This document shows positions 12,131 to 25,300 of a DNA stretch of 64,000 nt, piece after piece. Within the stretch, counting starts at the first letter, position 1. Every line of letters starts with the position of its first letter. Origin of the DNA: Balanoglossus misakiensis. Lineage: Eukaryota; Animalia; Hemichordata. The DNA lies in contig CM082578.2 of assembly GCA_040954595.2 (NCBI GenBank), forward strand, positions 1,036,831-1,100,830, read 5' to 3'. The notes beneath the pieces are model-generated. The model did not search any database. It was not told the origin of the DNA and saw only the letters and a list, made by a program, of their open reading frames with translations. The position numbers and the translations under genes are program-made.

Positions 12131-12310
12131 GGGTAGGCAGAATTAAGCGCATGGGTTGGTATGCGTACAGAGGTTGTCAGCATTCGCAAATCATTGCGAA
12201 AATATTTAGTTTGCGTATAAATTTCACAAAAATATCTATTTATGATAGAAACTGTTCACGCAATGTAAAAAAAATAATTGATCTTGATGCGTGAAAATTT
12301 GTGCCTACCC
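12131..12310. mobile_element. Small MITE-like element
   Basis: Inverted ends gggtaggcagaatt / aatttgtgcctaccc; no clear TSD. Confidence 0.4.
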
Positions 12311-13799
12311 ATGTAAAAAATGGTTTGTCTGACGATGACGAACATGCCAATAACTCGATAACAGCCAATCAAATCACTGGTACCAGACACGCCCTAATCG
12401 AGGGGTTATCGTGCAGACTGATAACTGCAGTAGCAATAATTGAACCAGTGTGAATAAATCAAACACTGTACACTGAAATATCTCACTATCGCTTTAATCG
12501 CAAACATTTAGTATGAGCTTGGTTATTGACAGATCCAAAGTAACCCACCAACACTGACACTATAAGTTTTGCATCACGGGCGTGTCATTAATTATTTACT
12601 TTTTATGTCATATTTTATTTGTTAGAGAAATACCAAACGTAGTAGACAAGGACATCAACTTTCATAAAATGTGTTCCTATTAGTACTACAGTATAAATAT
12701 CTGAATTATTTCAAAAATAGTCACAGCATTTATTGGAAGAACTTATGTAACTGTATTCATACCTTGATGTTTAAATTATTGTCATTGGTTTATGTTTTAT
12801 TCCATATGCTATTATTGTCAATAGGTGATTTATATGTTCACGTGACCTGCACTGACCCATACATATACTTAGAATACCAAATGTATTGGGAGACAGGTGT
12901 GTTCAATAATTATGGCTTTAACATTCATGTAACACTATCCCTAGTAAGTATACAGATCTTAGTGGTCTTGTTTGTTAGAGAGGTAACAATGGGCTACGTT
13001 AATGATAGCCACACTCGAATCAGATAAAGAATTGTTTTCCAGAAGATGTCACCTGTTTTCATCAAACCATGATTTACTTTTCTAGTGCCAGGCGATGATT
13101 TGATAAGTTGAACAGTTTCCAGAAGGACCATTGTAGTGCACTGACATCAGCATAATGATTTCATAAGATTTCATGGAAGTTTGAATGACTGGGTTCTTCC
13201 CATTTGCATATTGATATGTTCACACCTGGTATTTACTACTTAGGTGAAGTTGATGATGGTGTCTGATGAACTTAAGTGCAAACAATAGAAATTTTAATAC
13301 ACAGTTCAAGCAGGTCAATCAGTTCTGGCTACCTTTATGTGGAAATTTTCAGTTGACTTTCGCAACTCACTGGGAGTGCCTACAAGACTGAACTCTACTT
13401 GTTTTCTGTGTCACTCCAATCTATTCACTACTACACGACCAGTTCAGCAAAACTAGGAACAGTTCACTCTTCAGCAAATCCATTATACAGGGGATGCCAC
13501 TTCAGCAACATTGCAATCTGTGTAGACCTACCAACCTGTTGTATTCATCACATTCGCGCATCCAGCTAGTCCTATGCACCTCTGAGAATCTCTATATTAA
13601 GAATATATATGCCTGTACATATATAGAGTGTCTACTGTGTAGACACTGGAGGAATATTTTATACTACGGTAATTATTGTACTTGTAAGCTTTGTGTGTAT
13701 TGGTGTCATGTATTTATATATATTTTTCTGTGGGCCTGGAGCCTGATTCAAATCAACCCAAACAATACAAAAAGGAAAAATAAATAACTGATTTATTTT

Positions 13800-16700
13800 T
13801 TGAGTCAAAGTGTAAGACTTCATTAGGTGTTCAATGCCTCCAATTGCCGAAGCTGTATCTGCTGTGGATGCCAAGATATGTGAAAGTAAGTCAAAGGTCA
13901 GCAAAGGTCACCCGAAATTTTACTGGTCCATATCCAGCAAAAAACGTACCTCTACCTACTATTTAGCCTTTAATTAGATATGTGCGAATTAATGAGGTCA
14001 GGTGTAAGACTCCATTAGGTGTTCAATCCCTCCAAATGCCAAGGCTGTATGTGCTCTGGATGCTGTGATATGAGAAAGAAGGTCAAAAGTCTCCTGAGGT
14101 AACCAGCAAATACCAAGGCTGTATCTGCTGTGGATACCGAGATATCGGAAAGTAGGTCAAACGTCACATCAGGTGAGCCAAAATTTGGTCTTAAAATTTT
14201 TACCACAGAATGGTCTATGTCCAACAAAAACTAAACCTCCAACCCGATTGGTTAGCTTGGAATTAGATATGCAGAAAAATGATGTATCGGAAATAGGCCC
14301 AACAAAAACCAGACCCCAAGCTCTATTGGTTCGCCTAGAATTAGGTATGTGCTTAATTAATGAGGTCTTGTGTAAGACTCCATATGTGCTCCATCGGCCC
14401 CCCAAAAGCCAGGACTCTAACTGCTGTGGATGCTGAGATATGGGAAAGTACATCAAAGGTCATCCAAGGTCACCCAAAATTTGAGCCTAAAATTTTGACC
14501 CCAGAGTGGGCCATGTCCAACTAAAACCAGACCTCTAGCCCTATTGGTTAGCCTGGAATTAGATATGCAGAAAAATGATGTTTCAGAAAAAGGTCAAGGG
14601 TCATTGCCAAAATTACCAAAATATTTGTGTCATGTCCTGGCAGCATTGGTACCCATGTCCACAAAATTCATGACTGTGGTGCTTTGACAAGAGGAGGTAT
14701 GGGGAATATGCATATATAATTAGTTGTTTTAAAACTGGGTCAAAGGTCATGTGAAAATTGCCCCAAAAAATTGTGACAACTTCCGGTCATATGATGACTC
14801 ATATCCAAAAAAAGAATTTCCGTGCTGTCAACATTTTGGCTACAAAACGGAATTTTCATTTTTCGATTGTTTTCCGAAAATCCAACATGGCCGCCATAAT
14901 GATCGACCAATCACAATGTGCTTCGCAAACTTGATAGACATAGGTTAGGTGACCAGATACCCCGAATCCCGTGACTAGGCCATTGCTGGTTCTGGAGAAG
15001 AAGATTTTTAAAGTTTTAAGTAGTTTTTCAGAAAAGAAATTGTAGCAAAAAAACTTTATGTATGACGTCATGATTTTAATGGGGTAAAATGATGGACAGA
15101 AGGTAGGCTACCTGCACACCAAATTTGAACTTGATCCGCCCAGTAGTTTTTGAGAAGGACTCATTTAACGATTTTCAGGAAATCCAATATGGCCGCCAGG
15201 TCACGTGACTAATTAAATATTCACAAGCCACTGCACGTCTACTCATTGGCCCCTATCACCCTACCGATTTTCAGCCCCCTAGGTGCTGCGGTTTTCCAGA
15301 TCTACCTGGCCGATTATTTGCAGAAGAAGAATAATAATAAAGAATATAGCTGCAAGCAGCGATGACGGGCCCAAGCTTAAGCCGAAGGTCAAAGGTCATA
15401 TGTCATCACCCAAAAGTTGGGCAAGAAATTTTGACCCCATACTGGTCCATGTTCAACAAAAATCAAACCTCTAACCCTATTGGTTAGTCTGGAATAAGGT
15501 ATGCACATAATTAATGAGTTCACCAGGTGTTACAGGTGACTTAATAATTTCACTTTTCATTTTCAACCCATCCCTCCAAACGCCAAGGCTGTACTTGCTC
15601 TGGATGCTGAGATATGGTTAAGTAGGTCAAAGGTCACCTGAGGTCACCCAAAATTTGGGCAAGAAATTTTGACCCTATACTGGTCCATGTCCAATAAGAA
15701 CAAAACCTGTAGCCCTATTAGTTATCCCTGAATTAGGTATGCACATAATTAAAGGTGACCCCCAATTTTGGCTTTTCAATTTTAGTCCCAACCCTCAAAA
15801 CGCCAAGTCTGTACCTGCTCTGAATGCAGAGATATAGGAAAGTAGGTCAAAGGTCACCTGAGGTCACCCAAAATTTGGGCAAACTTTTTTTGACCCCATA
15901 CTTGTCCATGTTCCACAAGAACAAAACCTCTAGCCCTAATAGTTAGCCGAAAATTAGGTATGCACATAATTAATGAGATAAGCAGGTGCCACAGGTGACC
16001 CCCAATTTTGGCTTTTCAATTTTAGTCCCAACCATCCAAACGCCAAGTCTGTACCTACTCTGAATGCAGAGATATAGGAAAGTAGGTCAAAGGTCACCTG
16101 AGGTCACCCAAAATTTTGGCGAAAGTTTTTGACCCCATACTGATCCATGTTCCACAAGAACAAAACCTCTAGCCCTAATAGTTAGCCCAAAATTAGGTAT
16201 GCACATAATTAATGAGTTAAGTAGGTGTTACAGGTGAGCCAAAAATTTTGCCTTTTATTTTGGTCCCATTCTGCTTACAGGCCAATAGACAGTCACTGTA
16301 CAGGACCATTGCACAGACGTGGACATAGCGTCATAGCTTAACTATACAGTATAGGCCCTTGGCTTAGTCCAAAAATATGAAAAACTAATAATATTTAAAA
16401 GTCTTCTTCTCAAAATAGACTTGGCCCACGGCCTTGATATTTGGTATGTTGGACACTGACCACATGGTCCACAAAGTATCCTAACAGAATTTTGATATCT
16501 CCATTCATATGCAAATTAGGCCCATTTGAAAACTTTCCCCATATATGGTCAACAGGTCACATGACTAATTAAACATTCACAAGGGTACTGCACCAGCTCT
16601 CATAGGCCTGCACCATTTTGCCAAGTTTGAAATTTGAAGGTTCAGCCGTTTTCAAGATCCTATTGGCCGAAAAAACTACACAAGAAAAAAAAGAAGAAAA

Positions 16701-16870
16701 ACCAGGATAATACCAATAGGGCCCAAGCGCTGCATGCGCTTGGGCCCTAAAAAATTCCAACAATACCAATGGGGGCACAAGCCGCCTGAGGGCGCTTGTG
16801 CCCCCAATAAAGAAAAATTCCAACAATACCAATGGGGGCACAAGCCGCCTGAGGGCGCTTGTGCCCCCAA
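13800..16870 (-). mobile_element. Nest of non-autonomous Helentrons (HINEs): three stacked 5' ends, one complete element and one truncated body
   Basis: 5' hairpin heads at ~16870 and ~16810 (TTGGGGGCACAAGC..GCTTGTGCCCCCA) and ~16750 (TTAGGGCCCAAGC..GCTTGGGCCCTA); body 15340-13800 is homologous to 56727-57880. Confidence 0.85.
15343..16750 (-). mobile_element. Complete HINE (~1.4 kb) with ~220-240-bp internal subrepeats
   Basis: 5' subTIR/hairpin at 16713-16750; 3' subTIR GCTTGGGCCC (15367-15376) plus hairpin GCTGCTTGCAGC (15349-15360) plus TATATT; inserted in a T-rich site with no TSD. Confidence 0.88.
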
Positions 16871-18239
16871 TTAATAGTTATTTCTATGTGTAAATATTTC
16901 TCAAATTTCTATTTATGTTGATAACTCAATAGGTTATAAAACAATTCCCAATGAGGATGAAGACAACATTATTATTCTAATCTATTCATCCTATAACAGA
17001 AAATAGTCCAGTAACAGAATGTCATTCCTAACATTCATGGGAAATGGTTGAGCTTGGTGAAGAGCACATCATTGTGGCCCATGTCCATGTGTCCCACTCA
17101 CCATCCTGTAATAGTCAGTTATGGTCTCAGACACACAATCTTGTGATAGTGATCAAGTTAATTTTGTCACATGTGGATGAGGTTTTGTTTGGTTCAAAGT
17201 CCACAGAGCCGATGATGCAGTGTACATCCCATTGTTAAAATACACGGTTTCCACACTTTATATGCATCGATGCATTATTCAGTACAAATGTGAATTAAAA
17301 CACACTAGCATTATAATAAGGCTTTTCTACCATAAGCCGAACATAAAAATACATTCCTGTATTCCTGTCAACTGGAAATATTTATGTTTGATTGAAATAC
17401 CGTTCATAGGATTAAATCATGAATGCCAATTAAATCATGATAATAGTTCCATCTTTGTACAGTAACACAATCTTTCATTCTTCATTGTACATTTGAAGTT
17501 AACAATGATATGAAATGTACAATTTTCAACACTAAATATTTGAATCTGTGCTCTAATAGAAGCAACAGTCTTGACTCAAAATAAATATCTGTCATGATAT
17601 ATTCAATAGACAAAAGCATGTTTGACAAGAAATTTTAGTAATGTTCTAACAAAAGCAACTATGTTGACATAAAATACTCAACAGACATAATCTTCTTTCA
17701 GAATAAAAATTACCATTTCAAACATACACTATATTGACTCAAAATTTATACTAATTGTCCTAAAATTGTTGATGATCAAAACCATGTTTGATAAGAAACT
17801 TGACATTTTCAAAGATTACTGTTAATTTTATAATGATAATATCTATCTTCACTCAAAATGTCCAAGACACGTTTAAAACTTTTCTATTTATTTCTTGATG
17901 AGGATAAATATCTTGACTAAAAATTCATATTAACAATAACATGTTCAAAAGACAGTATCTTACGTATCTTTGACAAAAATTAAATGCAAACTTAAAGGAA
18001 TGATGAAGTCTATGCTGAGCCTGCATATTGAAACAGCAGAGAAATGTTCATACAATACAAAATTAATAGCCTATGATACAGTAATATTATATTGTAAATA
18101 CATCCTATTTGGGTAGCAAACCAATAGTGACACTTTGGGAGAAAAAAAGATCTTTTGAACAAAATAATCTAAACTGCCCTAAAAGTACTTGACATATTTT
18201 ACATAGATTTTACATAATTATATACTTTTAAAATACCAA

Positions 18240-18340
18240 TACATACATACATACATACATACATACATACATACATACATACATACATACATACATACAT
18301 ACATACATACATACCGGTATGCATGCATGCATGCATGCAT
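18240..18340. repeat. (TACA)n microsatellite followed by (ATGC)n
   Basis: Directly visible. Confidence 0.95.
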
Positions 18341-19354
18341 CGATAAATATATCCATAGATATAATGTAACGGAAGCAAATTAGAAATAATGACACTACTA
18401 TAACAGCGGGACCACTTGATGCGTAAAGTTCATCATAGCTTTATTTATGATTTCCCACCACCTTTCACAATTAATAAAATCTGTATAAGTCACGTCACGT
18501 TTTCCGTATTATTTCGCTTCAAATTTTTGCAGTTGGTGTATTGTTACCTTACCATTACCTTATCGAAAGCATTGTGATGGTAATTATTATTTTGCGGTTT
18601 GGTTAATACATGTTATGTGAAATGTTGATTTCAGCTTTCTCATATTATGAGTATTGCAGGGAAAGTTATTGGCTGCTGTCAAAACTCTCTAGCATATAAG
18701 AACGATAAGGCAGTTGAACGACATGCACATAATATTTTTACAGATCCTGAACACCCACTTCAAAATTTATTCACAAACTCCAATCATGGACAGAATTTGA
18801 TTTACCAGGAAACAATTGCTTAGAAAAACATTTTTCCCAAGACCGGTATCTATTTCAAATTCAAGTTGCATCCTTCCTTAGTTCTATGCAATGCTACAGA
18901 TGTGATTTTTATCATGTTCTCTTTTTGTGTGTATGTATAGATTGTTAACAAAATGTGAAATCCTGAATTTATTTCTGATTAATCACCCTGAAGACCATTT
19001 TCAGACCTGTTGTTGACCATAAAGTATTTGAATTGAACATTGATTTACCCTAGGAGCCAGTATAAGAACATTTAACCTCTTGCTTGGTAGTTTTGCTTTT
19101 ATCTAGTCTCACTCCCAAACCTCATTGCTGTGCACCCTAGTGTGCTTCTGGCAGTATGACCAGGCAAGGAGCGCAGCGACAAGTACAAGTCGCCCTCCAA
19201 ATCAGATCACTTGCCTGGTCATGTCCTACCACCAGAGGCACTTGCTTTGTCTTGGTGTAGCAACAAGGTCTAGTACCGTCACTCAGCTTCTTGGTTACAA
19301 ACGCCATTATTGAATCATGTACCTGAATGAGGTTTATCCTACAAATCTCAATTT

Positions 19355-22300
19355 TTATATTTTGATGCTTATTGCTTCATGAAAGCTGAAGTATTTTGGT
19401 ACAACATTTACTAAGACATTTTCTATTCCTTTTACATACACATGATCAATCAATGTATTAGCTTCTGTAGTTGGTTCACTTACAGTTTGTCTGAAACCAT
19501 GATCTTCCATGAACTTTACAAGTGATGACCGGGTCAAGATATCTTCATTGAAATCACCCATGATCATATTGCCTCCTGGGTATTTTTCCATTGCTTTCAC
19601 CAAACAAACCAAACTACTTTTGAATACCTCTGCTTTGTATGATGGTGGTCTGTAAACTACAGCTACTGTAACATTGATTTTAGTGACATAAAATGAAATA
19701 CATTCCAAATTACACACAGCCAAATGCAAAATTTCAAAATCATTACATAATTTGCTATAGAGTCCAACACCACCCCGCTGTTGCAACTGTAGACTTGATG
19801 TATTTGTATCAAATTGATTGTAGGATTGAGATCGAGGTTGGTGATTGAATTCGAATCCGCTCAATTGCACATTACATTGTGTTCCTTTTTCAGATAACCA
19901 TGTCTCCGTCAAACAAATGAAGTCTGCTTCCAAGAAGTGACCGTCATTGCAAATATCTTTAATATGATTGACAAGTCCCTCAACATTATGCAACACAAAT
20001 GAGCATGTATAATTACTCTGTTCTGTCTGAGTACACTTGGGAAGAAACTTTGGCATTGTTTCCAGTGCTTCTTGTACTTTTTCATTGCAATATATGGATG
20101 ATTTGTTAAAGTCATTAATAATGAGACCATCTAATGATGTCACTCGACTCAACGCCACATATGCCTGTCCTGGTGCAAACATCTTCTTCAAATTAACAAC
20201 AGCTTTTTCAACTGTCAATCCCTGTACCTTATGCACTGTACATGCCCAAGCTAGTTTTAAAGGAAACTGCCTCCTAATACCACCATTACTTGCAACTGAC
20301 ATTTCCTGGGGTTCTATAGGGGTACTGTTTACTGGAAGGTCAGATATAGTTATAGGCTTCTTTTTACGCAATCCTTGGCCAACTTTCTCATTATCAAATA
20401 CAACATAAATGGCAGCTGGGAATTTTACATTTGGTTTCACTGCAATGTGACATACTGTGCCAAATACGCCATTCACCAAACCATCAGCCACACTAATGTT
20501 ATGTGTCAGTTGTACTCGTGCACCAACAGCTAGAGTAAGAGTCTTTGGTAAAGTTGTCCTATACACTTTGACGTGATGTCCTTCCTTTTTTTCTAATCTT
20601 CCAGTTTTTGGATTCCGACTAAAATCCTCTGCTTCAATACACATAGGATCAGAACATTGAGAATGAAGCATTTCAACATTACAGCTATTGACCTCTGCAT
20701 TTGTAGCAAAAACATGCATTGCCTCAGATGTTTCACCAGTAACACACTTTTGTAACATTGCCACATCACCATCTTTGAGTGTGTCCCCTTTCTTGTGAAC
20801 TCTTACTCGATTTAGTGCCTCTGCAAATGCACAGTCTTTCTGTCTCATTATTTCAGTTAATTCTACCATACTGAAATTATCTTTCCACAGATTGGTTGAT
20901 TCAATGTCTACACACAGTGGACTTCCTTTCACAGGTGGAAGTTGATAAAAGTCACCTACAGCAATGACACAAACATTACCAAATGGTGATTGAGTTGATG
21001 ACTGTTTGATTTGTCGTAGTCTTCCATGAACATAGTACAATAACTTTTTGTCTACCATAGAAATCTCATCTATTATCAAAATTTGAAGGTTACCAAACTT
21101 GCAACGAAGAGTATTGAGCTTTTCCTCACGCAGTGGCTGATATGGTAGCTTTGAGTCAACTGCTATGGAGAATATATGATGGAGAGTTGTTCCTTGTATA
21201 TTAAATGCCGCGACTCCTGTCGGTGCAGTTAAAGCAATAGAAATTCCATCAATGTCTGGCATTGCCCGAGCTAGTATTCGTTTGGCTTCATGATATATGG
21301 TTTTGATTAGATGACTTTTCCCAGTACCAGCACCACCAGTGACAAACAGATAAAAGGGTTCTGGATTCTTGCCATTGCTTTTGTCCAAACACCACTTCCT
21401 GACAGTGTAAAACACTTCTGCTTGTTTCTTGTTCAACGATCTACACATTGTTTCAACCTCATATTTCTTCATTGAATTTGAAATTTCTACATGGCAATCA
21501 TCACCTTTAGGTTTTTTTGCCAAGTCCGGAATATCACTGTCATCAACCGGATCATCATCACAACACTTTTTACCTTCTTCAATGCATTCCAATCGTTCCA
21601 ATTCATTTTCTGGACATATTTGAGCCCATGCATCTTCAAGATGACCATTCTCATCAAGAAATTGTCCAGCTGCATCAATAGCATCAGCCTCCGTTTCAAA
21701 TAATGCTTTATTGGTATCTACGATCATTTTAACCTTTTCTAAAGAAGCAGAGCCACATTTCACTGCACCAAGACAATAAAAATCCTCAAACGATTCAAAT
21801 CCACTAGGTTTCAGTTGTGATTCAGTTCGGTATGGGAGAAACAGTTGTAATATACTGCCATAGTGCTTTTCTGGACATTTGGTAACAGAAAATCTAGCAT
21901 ATCTAACAACAGCCCCATCACTTCTAGATCTTTTCTGCATGTAACCAACATCATTTTTCAACTTCACTATTGGACTGTGCCGTTTGTCATTACTCACATT
22001 TTTCATTTCTGATTTTGAAACCACTCTGTATTCTGAACAAAATGTTGCCAGACACATGTTGTCGAAATCTTCCCCATTTGGCCTGTTCTTGTACCTGTCT
22101 ACAATGCTATTCATCCAAATATCATCCTCATCTAAATCAACACCTCTCATTTTCTTCTGTATTATAGCTAATGGCAAACTCATTTTGATTTGATTTTCTC
22201 CTGTTGGAATAAACTGAACTTTTCGTGATGATTGTTTCAGTTTCAAACCACATACCCTATACACAGCTTCCTGGGCACAAATTTCCCTGTTGTGCAGATA

Positions 22301-25300
22301 TACACCACCTAACTCTTTCATGGCCGACTTTGCATCCATATTTCCTTCTTTGTTAGCCTCTTTCTGTGCATGTTCCAAGAGTAAACCCATTTCTCTTTCT
22401 GCCTTAGAGATGTATGACACAATGTACACAACACAGGCATATGCATCCACAACAAACTGAATGTCCATATTTGCATTCCAGCAACGGAGAAGGTTGGCAT
22501 TATATTGGTTCACCCAAACATCACTTGGTTCACGTTTTAGAACTACACTTGTTTTCTTGGCCAATATTGCATTTGCTTGTTCAAACATCTCTTGAGATAT
22601 GCCGACTGCATTAAACAATTCATCAATAGTATCAATTTGTTGCTCTTTGTCACACAGGCATGTCCACACTCGTTCTAAAATGTGTCTAGCCCTTTTCTCA
22701 CCCAATGCTGTATCATCTAAATGAGGCAAATCAGTTTCAAATTCATTTTCCAGTGGTGTTGTGACTTTAGCATTCTTACACTCCTCATCATTGGTCATCT
22801 CTGTACCGGTATCTATGCTGACAGAAGGGTGGCATACAAATGTTTTCTTTGAAGGAGGTCGGGGGAAGTTAAATCTACATGTAGTACCCTTTTTCTTGCA
22901 AGATTTTGAATGTCTTGAACTGTGTTTCTGGACTGTTTTCACAATCTCATGCATTACCTCATCCTCTTCAATAGAAGGCATTTCACATGTTACATATCTG
23001 TCAACAAACTCAACAACATCTTCATCAGAATCTTTGTCCACTTTTGGGGCATTTTCAACCCAAAACAAACAGTGAGTGTGTGGTGATCCACGCTGCTGAA
23101 ACTCAACTCGATAAAAATAATCTTTTATCTTCCCAATAGGACTAGCTGGTGACATAATTACGTCAGTCAAGAAACAATGGAATCTATGATCAAACATTCT
23201 TGCTGCTGTTACGGGATTTCGTCTCAAGATACCACATTTCTCAGACCAATCGAGATCCTCAGCATTACGTGTATCACCTTCTTCACGAAGTATAGTCTCA
23301 ACAACCTCTTTCCACCTTAAGTCAACAGCAGAAAATGAGCAGAACCATGTTGGTATACCTAACTGTCTGATCATTGCAAAAATATCTTTCTGTGTAGCTT
23401 GCCAATAAGGGGGAGTCCCTCGTACTGGTTTTAAAAACTTGTAGCCTTCATCACACTTCAATATCTCTCTCAAAGAATCGCCATCAGTCAGAACATCAGA
23501 TGTCACCTTTTTCCCACAAGCATTGGCAGTTCCTTTTCTCAAAGCGATTGACACATTTGATACAACCTGGTCAAGTTCTGAACGGTATTGTGCATAAAAT
23601 ATATAGTCTGTGCTTCTGGCAAACCTGTTGCTTGCATTCATTAGACGACTTTGCAGGTATCGTCCTATTGTTATCTTAACCTCTCGATCATCGTGAAATG
23701 TTGGTGATCCAGTAGGGAATATCACAGGAAAGCACTTCGCTTCATTGAACTTTTCCATCAAAACTCTAACAGGTTTATTATCCTCACCAGGAGCAACACA
23801 AGCGATATCGTCAAAGTGATAATCTAGAATATCCTGACCAATGTCAACTGGTTGAAAGCATGTGTCCATGAATATTCCATCAGTATCTTTTTCAGGCTCA
23901 ATTCCACCTTCTGTGTCTGATGCTACATCATTGCGTTCAATATCTGAAGTTTTATCCACAGTGTTTTCATTACCTTCAGCATCAATGTTTTCTTCAGTCT
24001 TTTCAAGAGTATTTTCCCAAGCGAGATTGAATTTCACATCACTATACCACGTATTATTTTTCTGTAGGTATTCCAGCGCATTTTGAATGTGTCCTTTGTT
24101 TACAAATTGATACTGATAACAACCTTTGTAACTTAATTTCCGCTTTAATTTCACCTTTATCATCTGGTCATGCAATTCACCTCTAGGCAAAATACTTGTG
24201 GTCTTTTGTATATTAGATGGAACACACACAACAGGTCCATGAACACCATTTTGTCCACCTCTTGGTAGTGCCATCATTTTCATGAAAGGAATATGCAGTG
24301 CAATTAAATGTTGCTCTAAAGAATTCAGACATTTTAATTCATTAGGTATTGGTTTGACATCAAGATTGTTTGCAGCAGCTTGAACAGGCATCTCTGCACG
24401 CAAGAGTTTGCTATGGCATGTGTGACAAATCCATAATTTACCGGCGGCACTGCTCTTGAGTGGACAATCAACAATACATAATTTACTGCAGTTGTGTACA
24501 TAATCTTCTGTTATGCATTTCTTGGCTTTCATTTCACAAAACACATTTCTGGACACATATTTATCCATGTTACAAACAAGGACCTGCTTTCGAAAAAGTC
24601 GCCGGTGACAAACTGAACATACACAATTTGGCCCAACTGAAGTCTCATTCCTAAAATCAATTATAACATCTTCTATATTTTGCTTTTTCATTTTCTTCAC
24701 TTTGCCCTCAATACGACTTCTCTCTAATACATTCTCTTTATAATGCTGATCCTGCTGGTACCGTTCTAAACATCGCTTTCTCTGACGTCTTTGAAACTGC
24801 TTATCTTTCCGATACTTATCAACACATTGTGCTGCGCTCTGACTCTTCTTGCGTTCTCGAAACTTCTCATCTATTTTGTACTTGTCAACACATTGTGCTG
24901 CACTCTGACTCTTCTTGCGTTCTCGGAACTCCTCATCTTTTTTGTACTTGTCAACACATTGTGCTGCGCTCTGACTCTTCTTGCGTTCTCGGAACTTTTC
25001 ATCTTTTTTGTATTTATCAACACATTGTGCAGCATTCTGACTCTTCTTGTGTTCCCTGTATAGCGAGTCATTTTTATATTTTGCTTTTGAACGTTTTGCA
25101 CACACAGTTTTCTGGGCTTCACGAAATTTTACATCATGCTCATATCTACTTGCAAGTTGCTGTTTTTTGTTCTCCCTATGCAGTTCATCCTCAACATATC
25201 TTTTTCTCTTATCCAATTTCATGTTGTCTCTATATTCAGAATGAGTGTGATAACGTTCATATTCTCTACCTGCCTTACAGGTCCTCACAATACTGGATAC

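Noticed and set aside
11086-12133. piggyBac-like MITE (ccctac..atggtttac inverted ends)
   Set aside because: Ends are imperfect and lack TTAA; probably an old element, but boundaries are unsupported
8400-19350. Fanzor/TnpB or other cargo gene between the two RepHels
   Set aside because: No RuvC/Zn-ribbon motifs or convincing exon chain found by eye; short exons cannot be excluded
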